Shown in pieces: positions 10,658-24,193 of a DNA stretch of 64,000 nt. Position numbers and translations under genes: made by a program. This DNA is from Chlorokybus atmophyticus (lineage: Eukaryota; Plantae; Mesostigma and Chlorokybus algae). The stretch spans positions 1-64,000 of the forward strand of contig RHPI01000585.1 of assembly GCA_009103225.1 (NCBI GenBank), given 5' to 3'. The notes under the pieces were generated by a model. The model saw only the letters and a program-made list of their open reading frames with translations. It had not been told where the DNA came from and searched no databases. How positions within the stretch are numbered: the first letter of the stretch is position 1; every line of letters begins with the position of its first letter.

Positions 10658-13597
10658 ATGTCTGCGACTCCTATGTCTCCTGCTGGAGCTGGCTCAGCCT
10701 CGACGCCCGTGATGCCTCCATCCCCGGCCTGGCAGTCGGACGCAATGGATCAGGACGCTCGCCACCCGCTTGCGTCCCGATCCCCCACCTCCGGCACGTT
10801 TGGGGCTTCTGAAAAAAGCCCCCCCTCCACAGCTAAGTTGTTTTCCAGCTTGGTTTCCTCCTCTGCCTTGGTTTCCCCTCGTGATGCGGTTGATGAGGTT
10901 GCTAGAGCAGCCGTAGACTCTAGTGCATTCACGGCTTGGCAAATTGCACTCTCCTCTGGTGCTCTTATCTTCACGTTCCCTTTTGTTAACTTCGATTCAT
11001 CCACTTCTTCTGATAGCATTCGCACTAGTCGGTTGTCTTGGATAGCAACTGTGTGCTCGGATAGCGCCTCCATCCCTATGTACTCGTCTATTCACTGCCT
11101 CCCGGGGGGAGAAGTACATGTTGTTTTCTCCTCCCCCGAGGCTGCAATTGCAACTCTCGGCCGATACACTGCAGGCACCCTCCCCCTTTGGAAAGGTTCT
11201 CCTGTTCGTGCACGGCGCTGGGAGGACGATGCGGTGGCCAAGGATTGGATCTCCTTTCCCAATGCCCCCCCCACCTTCCACCCCTTCTTCGCCGCAGCCA
11301 TGGCCCCTTACGACGTTATGGGCGCCCCTCTCTCCCCGTCTCGAGGACCCTCTGTCCTTGCGGCTCCTGGGTCGGAGGCCCGTTACCTGTTCACTCCAAA
11401 GCCGGGCGCGCGCCTCCCCTNNNNNNNNNNNNNNNNNNNNNNNNNNNNNNNNNNNNNNNNNNNNNNNNNNNNNNNNNNNNNNNNNNNNNNNNNNNNNNNN
11501 NNNNNNNNNNNNNNNNNNNNNNNNNNNNNNNNNNNNNNNNNNNNNNNNNNNNNNNNNNNNNNNNNNNNNNNNNNNNNNNNNNNNNNNNNNNNNNNNNNNN
11601 NNNNNNNNNNNNNNNNNNNNNNNNNNNNNNNNNNNNNNNNNNNNNNNNNNNNNNNNNNNNNNNNNNNNNNNNNNNNNNNNNNNNNNNNNNNNNNNNNNNN
11701 NNNNNNNNNNNNNNNNNNNNNNNNNNNNNNNNNNNNNNNNNNNNNNNNNNNNNNNNNNNNNNNNNNNNNNNNNNNNNNNNNNNNNNNNNNNNNNNNNNNN
11801 NNNNNNNNNNNNNNNNNNNNNNNNNNNNNNNNNNNNNNNNNNNNNNNNNNNNNNNNNNNNNNNNNNNNNNNNNNNNNNNNNNNNNNNNNNNNNNNNNNNN
11901 NNNNNNNNNNNNNNNNNNNNNNNNNNNNNNNNNNNNNNNNNNNNNNNNNNNNNNNNNNNNNNNNNNNNNNNNNNNNNNNNNNNNNNNNNNNNNNNNNNNN
12001 NNNNNNNNNNNNNNNNNNNNNNNNNNNNNNNNNTCCGCCCTCCCTCTCTTCCGCGCCCCCTCCGCCTCCCCCCGCACCCGCCCTTCGCCCTCCTCCTGCT
12101 GCTGGCCCTGCCCCACCGCATGGCGGCGCCTTCGGCCCCGCCCCAGTAGGCCGTGCACGCAAGCCTGCCTCTGCTCCTCAGCTGGGCCAACGCACCTTGG
12201 CCGACTTCATGCCCGCCTCCTCCTCCCAAAGCTGGTTTGCCATGGTTGAGGAGGAAGAGCGAGCTGCCTCGCCCCCTCGCTCGGAGATCGTCGCCCCCCC
12301 GGTGCTGCAGCTCGAGGAAGTCCCAGCGGCCTCTCTCCAGCCATGGCTGAGCGCGTGCTTGCAGGCCGAGGATTTGCCCCCTCCCCCAGCACCGCCCTCT
12401 GCTCTCTACATTGCGCCGTGCGTGCTCTCTCCCGCCTGCCCTGATTCGGGGGTGTTGGAAGCCTCCATCCTTTGCACGGATGTCGGCAAATCTTCCGGCA
12501 TGCTCTTCATGAGAGCTCAGCCCCCTCTCCCTCTCTCCGCTCTCCCCCCTCGCGGCTTCCTTCGCTCGGAAGTCCGCCGCTCTTTGGAGAGGGTTAAGTT
12601 TCATCTTGACCCTGCCACGGAGGACCTGGCAGTTGACTGGAGCCTGAGTGAGGCGCAGCTGTTGGCCATGGAAGACACAGGCTCCGTGCTTTTGCTGGTG
12701 CCAGTCCGCGCCCCGGCCTCACTGCCCCGCGCCCCCATCCCTTCCCACCAGCAATGGCATACCCTTTCTCACTGGAACTCCGCCCTCCTCTCTCACCGTA
12801 AGCCGTCCTCTCTCTCCTCTGAGATTGCTGCGGTTGTGGATCGCTGGCGGCAGGCTCATCTCAGCCCGTCGACGCCCGCCCATGATGCGACCCCCCCCTC
12901 TTCAGAGGCAGCCACCCATCGCGCAGGCCCCAAGTCGGTTGTGAAGCGCCTCTTCTCCCCCCCGCCTGCCACCTCCGCGTTGCCGGCGTCACCAGCTCCG
13001 ACACACACTCGGGTGCGCCTTCTCTCACCATTCCGCCCTCCCCCGGACACCCCGGTGGCGATGGCAGTAGTTCTTCGCTGCTCGCGTGCGACGTGGTGGC
13101 TGGGTGTTCGGCGTCTCCCCTCTCCTCAGGACGGCCCCCCCTTTTCCCTTCTCTCCATTGTCCCCTCTCCCTCCCCGGGGGAGGAGGAAGGGGCTCTCCT
13201 TCACGCTGCAGCCGCCCTGCTCGGTGTGTGTGGAGACGCGCAGTGGCGTTACTGGCCGGAAGCCCGACACACTCTTCCAACCAGCTCCCCTGGCTCCTTG
13301 CTTGTCTGGTCGGTCCGCCTCCCTGGCGACCCGGACGATGCCATGGTGAATGTCTAGGCCAGCCAGCCCGCTCTTTGGTTGGACGTGGCCAAGCTTGAAG
13401 GCGTGCGGGGAGGTGCAGCCTCGCTGCTCGACGACAGGTCCTTGGCTGGCCTTCGCCTTCTTCGCGCCTCTCCCTCCCCTCTCCCCGCACTCATGCCAGA
13501 CTCGGACAGCTCTCTAAGGGATGTGCTGTACGACACGGCGGCACCTCGGGGGTTCTTTGACATTGCTGCCCTGCTCGGCCTGCCTACGGATGACTGA
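10658..13597 (+). CDS. LINE ORF1 (RRM-like N-terminus, Pro-rich linker, unusual C-terminal domain); premature TAG at 13355 and an N gap at 11420-12033
   Basis: ORF 10658-13357 continues in frame into ORF 13379-13597. The final TGA overlaps the ORF2 ATG. Confidence 0.75.
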
Positions 13598-16500
13598 TTG
13601 CCTGCGAGACCCCTTGTCTATTTCGACCTGGAATGTCCGCGGCCTCAATGCCTCATCCTCCTCTCTCGGAGCCAACAAGCGCTCACGCTTGCTCACGCGC
13701 TGGCGTGACTGGTGCCTCCCCCGCAATTCAGTTCTGTTCTTGCAAGAAACAAAACTCTCCCCCTCCTCCATGTGGCTTCGCCGTTTCTGGGGTGGGTGGT
13801 CCGTCTGGTCTCACGCCGACGGCACCCGTGGCGGGGTGGCCATTCTCTTCCCTCTTCTTTGGTCAAAGTACATGGTTGACCAGGGCGAGGCTGTTCCCTC
13901 TAGATGCTGCTGGTTACGCATCCGTTGGGGAGAGGGCCTGTTGTTGCTTGTGTGCGTGTATGCCCCCACGGAGCGCACAGAGAGGGCTAGCTTCTTCACC
14001 TCTCTCCCGTCCCTCCTCCCCGCAGCTGACTGGGCGCTGCTTGGGGGGGATTGGAACGCGGTTGAAGACCCCTCCCTCGACAGGTCCCCCCCCCTCTTCC
14101 TCCTCTCATGAGTCTCCGGCTCTGCTGCAGCTCTGTGAGGAGCTGCAGGTGGAGGACGTTCACCGTACCCTCCACCCCAACGAGCTCTCGTTCTCTTGGG
14201 ATAACGCGCACCTTGGCCCCTCTCGTCGGGCTGGCCGACTCGACAGATTTTACCTCAGCCTGGATCTCCGCACATGGGTGGACGACAGCTCCGTGATCAA
14301 CACGGAAGTCCTCTCTGACCACCGGCCTGTCCATATCCAATTGGCGCTGCCGGGCTCTTTCTCTCCTCTCCCCGGGCTGTGGAAATGCAGCCCCTCCCTC
14401 CTCACTGACCCTTTGTTCTTCGCCGCCGCTGAACAGCTCTGGGTCTCTCGCACACCCCCCTTCCCGGTCCCTCCTTCTCATGTTGTGGGCTGGTTCGAGG
14501 AGGGGCTAGAGGCTTTGACTGTTCTTGCCAAACAGCATGATCGCCGACGGCGCCATGACAAGGCCCAGCACCAGCGTCGCCTCCGCGTCGATCTCTCTTC
14601 TGCTCGCGAGCGGCTTGATGCTGCTCCGCAAGACATGCTCGTGCACGCAGAGCTGGTCCGCCTTCAGTCCGACCTGACTGCCGCGGAAGAAGATGAGGAC
14701 ACGGCGGAGGGGATAAGGGCTCACTCTCGCTGGAGGCTCCAGGGGGAGCGCATGACTTCCTATTTCTTCTCTAGAGCAAAGGCCCCTCAGCACTCCTCGG
14801 CTATCCGTTCTCTCTCTCACTCCACCACCCGTCACTCTCCTCCATTGACCTCTCAACGGCAGATTGTGGAGGCCTGCGCGGGTTTCTACCGTGACCTCTT
14901 CACCTCCTCCCCTGTCTTTCAGCCGGCGAAGCAGGCTGCTATGCACGCTTGCTGGTCGGTGATGGAACGCGCTCTCACGCCTGAGATGGCTGAGCAGCTG
15001 GACTCTCCTCTCCTTTTGGAGGACCTGTGGCGGGCACTGTCTAGCATGGAGCCCCACCGCTGCTCGGGACGGGATGGGCTCACGGCGGCCTTCTGGAGGA
15101 AGATGTGGCCGGTCTTGGGTCTTGGGAGAGGGCTACTTCCGCTACTGTCTACAGGTCTTGGCCCGCGGCAGTTTGGGGGCCTCGCAAAAGGTGGGGGTGG
15201 TCTCTCTCATACACAAGAAGGGTGAACTAGGTGATCTCCGGAATTGGAGGCCAATCACCCTCCTGCCGCTGCACTACAAGATCTTGGCTAAAGCGGTAGC
15301 CTCTCGACTGGCGCCTCTTCTCCCTCTTGTGATCAGCCCGGAACAGGCTGGTTTTGTCCGGCACCGTTTCATTCTGGACAACGTGCTCTCCGCCCTAGAT
15401 CTCCTCGACCTGGGCAAGGAGTCCGCCTCCTCCTACGCTCTCCTTATGCTGGATTTTGAAAAAGCTTTTGACAGGTTGGACTGGAGCTTCATTGATGGAG
15501 CCCTCTCGACGCAAGGTTTCGGCCCCTCTTTCCGTTTCTGGGTACGCACCCTCAACGGTGGAGGCAGCAGTCAGGTGCTGGTCAATGGTGGGCTCTCAGC
15601 GGAGTTTGAGCTGCAACGCAGCGTCCGTCAAGGCTGCCCGCTGGCCCCGTCCCTCTTCATCCTAGCCTCGGAGGCTCTGGGTGCACTCTTGCGAGCGAAC
15701 CCCCTGCTACGCGGTTTCCCCCTGCCTTCAATCCGCATGGGCTCCTCGGAGACTGAGGCTCACGGCGAGGAGGACGCTGAGGACATCCGTCACTTCGAGT
15801 ACGCGGACGACTTTACCATTGTTTTGAAGCTGACGGCGGAGGCCCGAGTGGGCTTTTCCTCCACCATTGATATCTATTGCCTTGCGTCTGATTCACTGCT
15901 TAGTTGACAGAAGACGTGTGGCATTCTCTTTGGCGCCCCCCCTCCTTTCTCGGTGGCTGATTGGGAGATCCGTTGGCTGGCCCCGGGAGAGGCAGTGACG
16001 CTCCTTGGCGTTCCGATGGGCTTGTCTCTTCAACAAGACCAGCTCTTCGCGGACACCATTCGAAAGATTCAATCCAGGTTGGACGTGTGGTCACGGCAAG
16101 GGCTCTCCCTGCTTGGTCGTGCACTTGTTGCCAATAGCTCCGTCTTGGCTTGCTTGTGGTACCTGGCGGCCATATGCTCCCCCTCTCGCTCCTCTCTCTC
16201 CTCCCTCCGATCGTCTTATCGGTCTTTGTTGTGGGGTCGCGGGCAACAAGGCTCCCCGGCAAAAGGCAAGGTGCGTTGGGAGGTCCTTCGCCTTCCAAAA
16301 GATATGGGGGGCCTCGGTGTGTTGGACCCCGAGCTGCAAACTCAAGCCTTGCTTGCCAAATGGGCTATACGCGTTCTCGACCCTACGTGGGCCCCGTGGA
16401 AAGCCCTTGCTTTTGCACAGCTCCAGCGCTGGGGCACTGAGCCCTCTTCGGGGGTGCAATGGGTGCTCCCGGCCTGCACTCTGCAGTCCTCGGGGCTCCC

Positions 16501-18011
16501 CCACTCCCACCTCCCCCGCCACTGACAGTCTATTGTCAAGGCGTGGCTCGGGGTTCGACCTCTGTCTCCTCCCTCCATCTCCTTCTACGAAGAGGTCTTG
16601 CGTCAGCCACTTTTTTACAACGCAGCTCTGGTTGACGAGAGCGGTCGTCCTTTGGGCGCTCGCCGCAGTCGGGCTCGTTGGCGAGAGTGGGCGGCCGCGG
16701 GGTTCTACCGTGTCGTGGACCTGTGGGATGAGATCTTGAGCTCTCCCTACCCGGCCTCCGTCCTTGCTCACTACGCCCCCACACGCACAGCTGAGTGCCT
16801 CGCGGAGCTGTGGTCGTGTATCCCCCCCGTTTGGCGCTCTCTTCTCGATGCAGGCCCCTCCACCCCCGTCGCAGTGGTGGGCGACGCTCTGGCCTGACGG
16901 CACGCTCAAAGCGGTTGTGTACATCTCCTCTGTCTCTCCCCCTGCCTGTGTGGGTGTTGCTTTCACTCTGGGAGGGCCAGAAGGCAACTCCCTGTCAGCC
17001 CCAGTGGTGGACGTCCGCCTTCCCTTCAGCCAGCTGCATAGGGTTCGTGTTCTTCCTCCCCCACTTCGCTGGAGGCAGCGTCCGGCAGTGGGCTCGCCAG
17101 CATGGAGGGACCTCTCCCCCCACTCCCGCTACTTGGGTTGGTACCTGGCAGGGGGGGCCCTTTTCTCAGACCTTCACGCTGACCCCGCCCTGACTGTGTG
17201 GGATCCCTCGCTCCCCCCCGCTCACTCCACCGCCTTCTCCTCGTGGGACTATTCCCCCAAGCTTGGGTACCGCACCCTCTGCTCTAGGCGCTCTCGCGCC
17301 CCTGTCCCCGCCACCTCTCGTTGGTCTCTGCTCTCCCCTGTTATCCCGTGGAAACCGCCTGTTTCCACACCTGAGGTGTGGCTTGACATTCACCGGCTAC
17401 CCTTGTCTGGGAAAGTACGCTCGCTGTTGTGGTTACTTTCCCACAAGGCCTTGTTCACTGGGGATCGCCTCCGTCACATGGGCTTCCCGGCTGCCTGTCT
17501 TTCGTGCCTCCAGGAGGAGGTGGAGGACCCGTTGCATCTTTTTGTTCTCTGCCCTGTGGCCGAGGCGACGTGGTGCTGGCTGCGGGCCCTTTTCAGTTGT
17601 ATGGGGTGGGTGGGGGTGGACTGCTCCCCTCTCTCTCTCCTCTTCGGTTTGGGCGACCAGCCTTCTCCCTCTCCACTCACCTCCCTCTGGCGCATTTTGT
17701 GTCCGCTTGCTCTTTGACAACTATGGGCAGCCCGTTGCCGTGTTCGGTATGATGCAGCCCCTCCTTCTACGCTTCACGTTGTCGCTCGGCTGTCGGTCGA
17801 TGTGCACAGGCATATGCGGGACGCCTGGCTAGAGGTGTGCACGACACCCTTGAAGGAGGACGCCCGCCAGCAGGCCTTTTCCTCCTTCTCGTCCTCTTGG
17901 GGGGCGGGCTCCGTCTTGTGCACGTGTGTGTGGGTCCTCCCTTCCCCACACCTCATCTCCCATTACCCCTTTCACTCATCGGCTTCTCCCTCTTCCCCTG
18001 CCTCACTCTGA
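13590..18011 (+). pseudogene. LINE ORF2: AP endonuclease, reverse transcriptase, C-terminal zinc-binding domain; disrupted
   Basis: MTDCLRDPLSISTWNVRGLN, LFLQETK, CVYAP, LGGDWN, RLDRF, SDH (APE); WRPITLL, QAGFV, LDFEKAFDRLDW, VRQGCPLAPSLF, EYADD (RT); CLSC...EDPLHLFVLC (zf-RVT). In-frame stops at 15905, 16523 and 17715, plus frameshifts near 14100, 15180 and 16850. Confidence 0.95.
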
Positions 18012-19589
18012 CTTCCGCACTCCTTTTCCCTCTCTCGTTTTTCTTCTCCCTGCTGACACTCGCTCTTCTCCCTGCTCTCTCACCTGTCTCCCTTGCTGTA
18101 GCTTAGCTCTCTCTACTCTTTAGCTGTCCTGCTTGTTTTGACTAGCTCTCTAGCACTTAGTTTTCATTCGTAAGTGCTGGCTTGGATGCGTTAACATCTC
18201 TTCTTTAATACAACTTTCCCCTGAGAGGGTTTCACAAAAAAAAAAAAAAAAAAAAAAAAAAAGTNNNNNNNNNNNNNNNNNNNNNNNNNNNNNNNNNNNN
18301 NNNNNNNNNNNNNNNNNNNNNNNNNNNNNNNNNNNNNNNNNNNNNNNNNNNNNNNNNNNNNNNNNNNNNNNNNNNNNNNNNNNNNNNNNNNNNNNNNNNN
18401 NNNNNNNNNNNNNNNNNNNNNNNNNNNNNNNNNNNNNNNNNNNNNNNNNNNNNNNNNNNNNNNNNNNNNNNNNNNNNNNNNNNNNNNNNNNNNNNNNNNN
18501 NNNNNNNNNNNNNNNNNNNNNNNNNNNNNNNNNNNNNNNNNNNNNNNNNNNNNNNNNNNNNNNNNNNNNNNNNNNNNNNNNNNNNNNNNNNNNNNNNNNN
18601 NNNNNNNNNNNNNNNNNNNNNNNNNNNNNNNNNNNNNNNNNNNNNNNNNNNNNNNNNNNNNNNNNNNNNNNNNNNNNNNNNNNNNNNNNNNNNNNNNNNN
18701 NNNNNNNNNNNNNNNNNNNNNNNNNNNNNNNNNNNNNNNNNNNNNNNNNNNNNNNNNNNNNNNNNNNNNNNNNNNNNNNNNNNNNNNNNNNNNNNNNNNN
18801 NNNNNNNNNNNNNNNNNNNNNNNNNNNNNNNNNNNNNNNNNNNNNNNNNNNNNNNNNNNNNNNNNNNNNNNNNNNNNNNNNNNNNNNNNNNNNNNNNNNA
18901 AAAAAAAAAAAAAAAAAAAAAAAATGTGTAAAATTCTTGTACACTTGTTGCTTATAATGATGCTGATATGCGTACTTAATTTTCCCATCACATACGTATA
19001 CATATAAAGGTTTTGAATAGTTATAGCTATGCCCAGCAGATAAGTAATATGTGCACTTAAGTGTACATTCAACTACATCTTGATGTCAACTTGCATTTTT
19101 GCGACATAAATCATGAAATCGAGGGCAAGTGTAGAATGAGGTTTCCATGTGATAAAACGTTTGATCAATATGTGCAAAAAAAACTTTGTTTTTACTTATA
19201 CCATTTCGTAATGTATTGCTTCGTGTATCTCTACCAAAGTTCATCGATAAAAATGCAGCAAATGTCATTCGGTTATAACTTAAAGTTCATGTTTTGCTCT
19301 CAACCTGTGGCAGTACCGCCGTGGCCACAAATAATGGCGGCAATATTGAGTGGTTAAGGGCTGGCATTGCATGTCGGGTTAAAAATATTAACACGCAATA
19401 GTCAATAGCTAGCATTGCATAATGAAGTCTGCATTAACGTTTGCCCTTGAAGAAAACCTCATGCGTCACCAGCTGCTGTTGCAAAACAGCAGCTATCGAC
19501 AAGTGTTGAACAGTATCATTATTGTCGATGTTACCACTGCTAGCATGTGATTTCACATGCCCTTTCATCAATCTGCTATTATAGAGGTA

Positions 19590-22500
19590 CCATATTCTTG
19601 CGAATAGAGGGTCCCCCCCTAATACAATAACCCCCCGCTTTTCCGGGGAGGGGACTGTGTAAAGTTATACAATCCCCATACCTCGTACATAGCCCCCCCC
19701 CCCCCCCCCCNCTTTCCGCACCGCCCTCTCTCAACCTCTTCATAGGCAGCCGGGCGCAGGAAGATGTAGAAGTGTGTGTTGCAATGGGTACAAGCGTGCT
19801 CGAATGCCAATGTAATAAACAATACGCATGAGCAACAACCACTACCAACAATATTGCCTTCTAATACGTGTGTACACGGCAGATGCTATGCACGGATGCA
19901 CGTACAAAGCAACCTCTCACACACTATCATCATCATTGAGGATCTCAATGCTAGCGTTTACAACATGCACATCCTCCTCCCCCTCCGCCTCCCCCTCCTC
20001 CTCCTCCTCCTCCCCCTTCCCCTCTACGCGCTTGTACGCTGCAGCTTCACGCTCATCTTCTAGCACTTCCTGCTCTTCCAAAGGCAACTCCTCTATATGG
20101 ATCACACCATCATCCTCATCATCCAAATCCTCAATGACAAGGTCATCCTCACTACCATCAAGAGCAATGCTGATACCCGCCTTTTTGAAGGCGTTTTGCA
20201 CAATGCTAGCTGGAATGGCGTCCCAGCACTCTTTGACCCATGTCAGCATCTGCAGCCAGGTGCACGCCCTTTGTTTGCCTCCCGCAGTGAAGGAGTGCTG
20301 GCTAGGATCCGCCATCCATGTTGCCCACTGCAAATCACCTTAATAGCTTAAGCTAGTGGTATCACACACAACAACAACAACAACAACAACCACAACAACA
20401 CACCTTCGCTCTGACCATGTCTATTATAGGTTTGTTCACACCAATGTCTAGTGGTTGTAAGGCATTGGTCATGCCGCCTGGTATGACCGTCTGGTCAACG
20501 CGAATGTGTTGCAGTGCTTTGCTCACGGACTCACATAAGCGAACACGAAAGCTATCCTAGCAAAGCGCGCTTGCTAAAAATCTGCAAGCAAGCATACAAG
20601 TTTGCTTGCAGATTTGTGGCAAGCGTATCAATCATGCAAGCAGTCAAGCAATCAGCAGAACGGCAAGCAGTCAGACAAGCGTACTAATCAGACAAGCCGA
20701 CAAGCCTATCAATCGGCATGTGCGCATGGCGACTTGTCCGCTTGCTAACAAACAAGCCAGCATGCACACATGCGGCACACAGACAAGCATATTACTCAGC
20801 ACATGCTCATGACATTCAGCCTGCTAAGAAAGCATTCGAGCAAGTGCTCACCTGTGGGCGCTTGCGCATGATGGTCTCCACCCACTCCACACTTATCTCT
20901 TCGTCCATCCACCCCTTTTCGTTTGCGTATACATGTATGCCAGGCACTCTTGGGTCGCGGGGAACATTTTTCCACTTCAGGACGATAATCGGCGGTAGCT
21001 TGCAACCATTAGCGCAAACAGCTAACACAAGTGAAGCTCGCCTTCTCGTGACCGGTTGATGTTAATGGCACCGTTCTTGCCCCACGTTGGTGCAAGGTCC
21101 TTGACGACAACATGTCAAGGACCATCGGCACCTCGTCCACATTAATGATCTGCAAAATGTGGAGAACTTGTGATGGTTGCTTAATGGAAGTTTGCACAAC
21201 AAGCACATGTCAATGCATCAACAAAGCCTCACAAACGTGCTGCAGGCTGTACTTGTTTTTTTTGCGCATGCCGTTCACAAACATTTTTAAGGCTGTCATG
21301 ACCTCCGCCAATTGGGCTGGCGCTTGATGACCAACCTTGGTGTGAGCGCGCACCACAAAATCATGCCCTCCAAAAACGCACCACCCAACTCATAGAGGCG
21401 TTGAAGGACACAGGGTTTTCACTTGCTGCAGCGTTTGTCTCTGCAACCAGCTGTCTAGCGCGGACCTGCGTGGTCACGTGTATGCGTGAACACAATGGCA
21501 GCGCTTGATTACACCATACAGCGCCTAACACACTTGCGCATATTGCAAGCACCCAACACAATGATGCATACACCATACCTACACCATACACCATACCGTA
21601 GCATTTTCTGTGACACAAATCAATCCAAACCTACGCTTGTCACTAACAAAGGCGTATTAAAACTTCTCCATGTCTGACAATTGTGGTTTGCGCCCACCCG
21701 CATGTCAATTATCTCTCACACAAGGCATACATACTACTACTAGTCTATAGTGTGTGCTTGCAGTATAGCATTGCATGAGCGTACCCCCGCGCAGGCGAAA
21801 GGAAGACCGCACGCCGCCCGTGATCTCAACTCCTTGCTTCATCCACTCGCGAATACTCTTAGGGTAATCATTGTACTGCCTAGTTGCGGCCTTTACGCAA
21901 ATGCCCCGTGCACGGCACAGCATCGTCAACTGCAAAGAGCACTACCATAAGCACTAGCAGCTGCAACATTGCTGCAAGCATGCACTCAAGATGTGCGCCA
22001 TGACCAAGCAGACATGCCCACTCAAGAACACTTGCACACAACTATCCACGCTCACCAGCACTAGCATAAGCACTAGCATAAGCAGTAGCAGCTGCAACAT
22101 TGCTGCAAGCATGCATTGAAGATGTGCGCCATAATTAAGCAGACATGTTTACTCATGCACAAGTGCACACAGCAGACAAGGCTCACCTTTTCACTCAAGG
22201 TGATTTGACGACGCAAGTGCTGCTTGCCTTTTTGATAGGAACGTGAGCGTGCGTGCGCACGGGCAGCAACCCCCTCTAGTCGTGCCTCTCTTGCCTGCTC
22301 TGCCACCGCGGCTGCAGCAGCAGCGGCAGCCGTGGCTGCGGCAGCAGCCGCCGCTGCTGAGGTCATTGCAGCAGCAGCAGCTGCTGCTGCAGCTTCCTCC
22401 TCCAGCGGTCGCACAGACGCTTGCTTAGCAGCTGCGCGACCAGCAACAACAAACCGGCCGCAGCGGCCACCAACAACACCCCTACCAACCACACCACCGC

Positions 22501-22753
22501 CTCGTCAACTGTTCAGCGCAGGAGTTTTGAAACTCCCACCACCTCTAACCCTAGTACATAGTCCCTCCCCCCCCCCCCNTGTTTGAGTGCGTGGGTTGTT
22601 GCCCCCCCCCCCCCCAAACACAGTCCCCCTCTATTGTTTTAGGGGGGGCTTGTAATGTCACATTACAAGCCCCCCCAAATACAATAACTCCCCCTCATAT
22701 TTTGAGGGGGGGGACTGTGTAAAAAGGGGGGGACTTTATTCGCACAAATTCGA
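19590..22753 (-). mobile_element. pogo/Tigger-like DDE_1 DNA transposon, copy 1 (intron-containing, degenerate)
   Basis: Minus exons: HTH (AATRQYNDYPKSIREWMKQ), CENP-B helix (FNASMSWVVRF), QIINVDEVPMVLDM...TGHEKASFT, ANGCKLPPIIV...NEKGWMDEE, WVKECWDAIPASIVQNAFKKAGISIALDGSEDD. Imperfect TIRs ccatattcttgcgaata / tattcgcacaaattcga, with TA at 19588-19589. Confidence 0.88.
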
Positions 22754-24193
22754 TGCGCAATTGTTGACCTGACCACGGTAAATTTGCATTAGCATATGCG
22801 GCAACGTGCCGTTTGTTCAAACGGTCATACGGTCACCGTGGCACACGTAGTTACATGCATAATTCTACGGCAATGTATGCTAGCGCAGTGTTGAAGTTCA
22901 AAGTAATGCAAGAAGTGTGTTGCTCCCAGCGATTTCATGTGATAAACTATACCTTATGCTAAACAGTCTGCTTAATATAGATACATAACAAGGCCATTTG
23001 TAAACCTGGCCATCTGCAAACTTTCGTCAGAAACATGAACTTGGACTGTTGACACAATGGCAGAAAGGCTGGTACGAGTCGCGCAGCACGAGTCGTGCTG
23101 CACGACACATGATACACTGCAACCCACTTATACTGGATTTCCTCAGATTCTCTGTCGGCCTACACCTTTGTGCTTCCGTGCTGTTCTTTCGTAGGCAACA
23201 GATGAAAAGCAGGTCGCAAGCAAGGGGTACGGTAGTGCACCCTTTTTGCAGCGCGCGGAAGTTGACCTTTTTCATTCTTCTGTACGATTCTGTACGATTT
23301 GCCAGAAACCAGCAGGCAAGGAACGCCGATTCGGCAAGAAGTTGGCGCGCAGCTGGCCGCTGCCAAGCGTTGCACGCGCCATGGTGCATGGCTAAGCAAC
23401 CCCTGCCACGAGGTGATTAACGCATTCTCCCCGTGTGGGTACAGTGACTTTTGGACATTAACACGACAAGGTCGTAGCAGCGGGCCGCTGCCAGCATGAA
23501 TCCGACGGTTCCTCTTGAGTGAGTCGATTGAGACCCTACACCTACTACATGTACCGGTATTAGGGGTATCTTTTGCCCTGTTTTGCTGCAAACTATTGCG
23601 TTCATTGTCATGACGGGTTCCTGCCGCCGACACTGAAGACTCCTGCGATTGCACAAGTGCACCTTGTGCAGCGTGCACCTTTCTCTCAGTATCCACGATG
23701 TCACTTTTCAGCAGCCGGCACGACGGCGTAACTGTGTAGCGTTGCACAACCACATTTGTGATACAAAGCGCGGGAGGGCACCTGTCCAGCGCAAAGGACA
23801 TGTCCGGTAATGGGGGAAGACCTCACCCCTCTAGGCCTACCATCGCCCCTGTCGTCGGCCAGCTCAGTTTGTCGACTTATCGATTCATGATTGTCCGCGA
23901 AACTTCCTTAAGTAGGCACGTTGGCCAGCCTGCTGAAACGTGCGTGCTGGCTCATCATTGGCTAGCTTGCGGAGTGGCGTGCTGCGTGCTCAGTGCTGAG
24001 GCAGGCCCCTATCACACGTGTACGGTACAGCCTGTACTAGCGTAGGCCTGGCTGTACTTAATGGAGGCGGGGGACCCGTCTTCCACCGTGTCGCACGCAT
24101 TGCGGCGGGGGCTGCCCCTTCGACCTTCTCCTTCTTAAAGACTTCTTCATTCTCGTCTGTTGTATTACTGAGGCGAGCAAGGAGGGAGAAGTG

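Larger units (their letters stand above)
10466..18924 (+). mobile_element. Full-length L1/Tx1-like non-LTR retrotransposon
   Basis: ORF1 + ORF2 (APE-RT-zf), polypyrimidine 3' UTR and poly(A) (18236-18262, resuming after a gap to 18924). An 11-bp TSD tgtgtaaaatt lies at 10455-10465 and 18925-18935. Confidence 0.93.
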
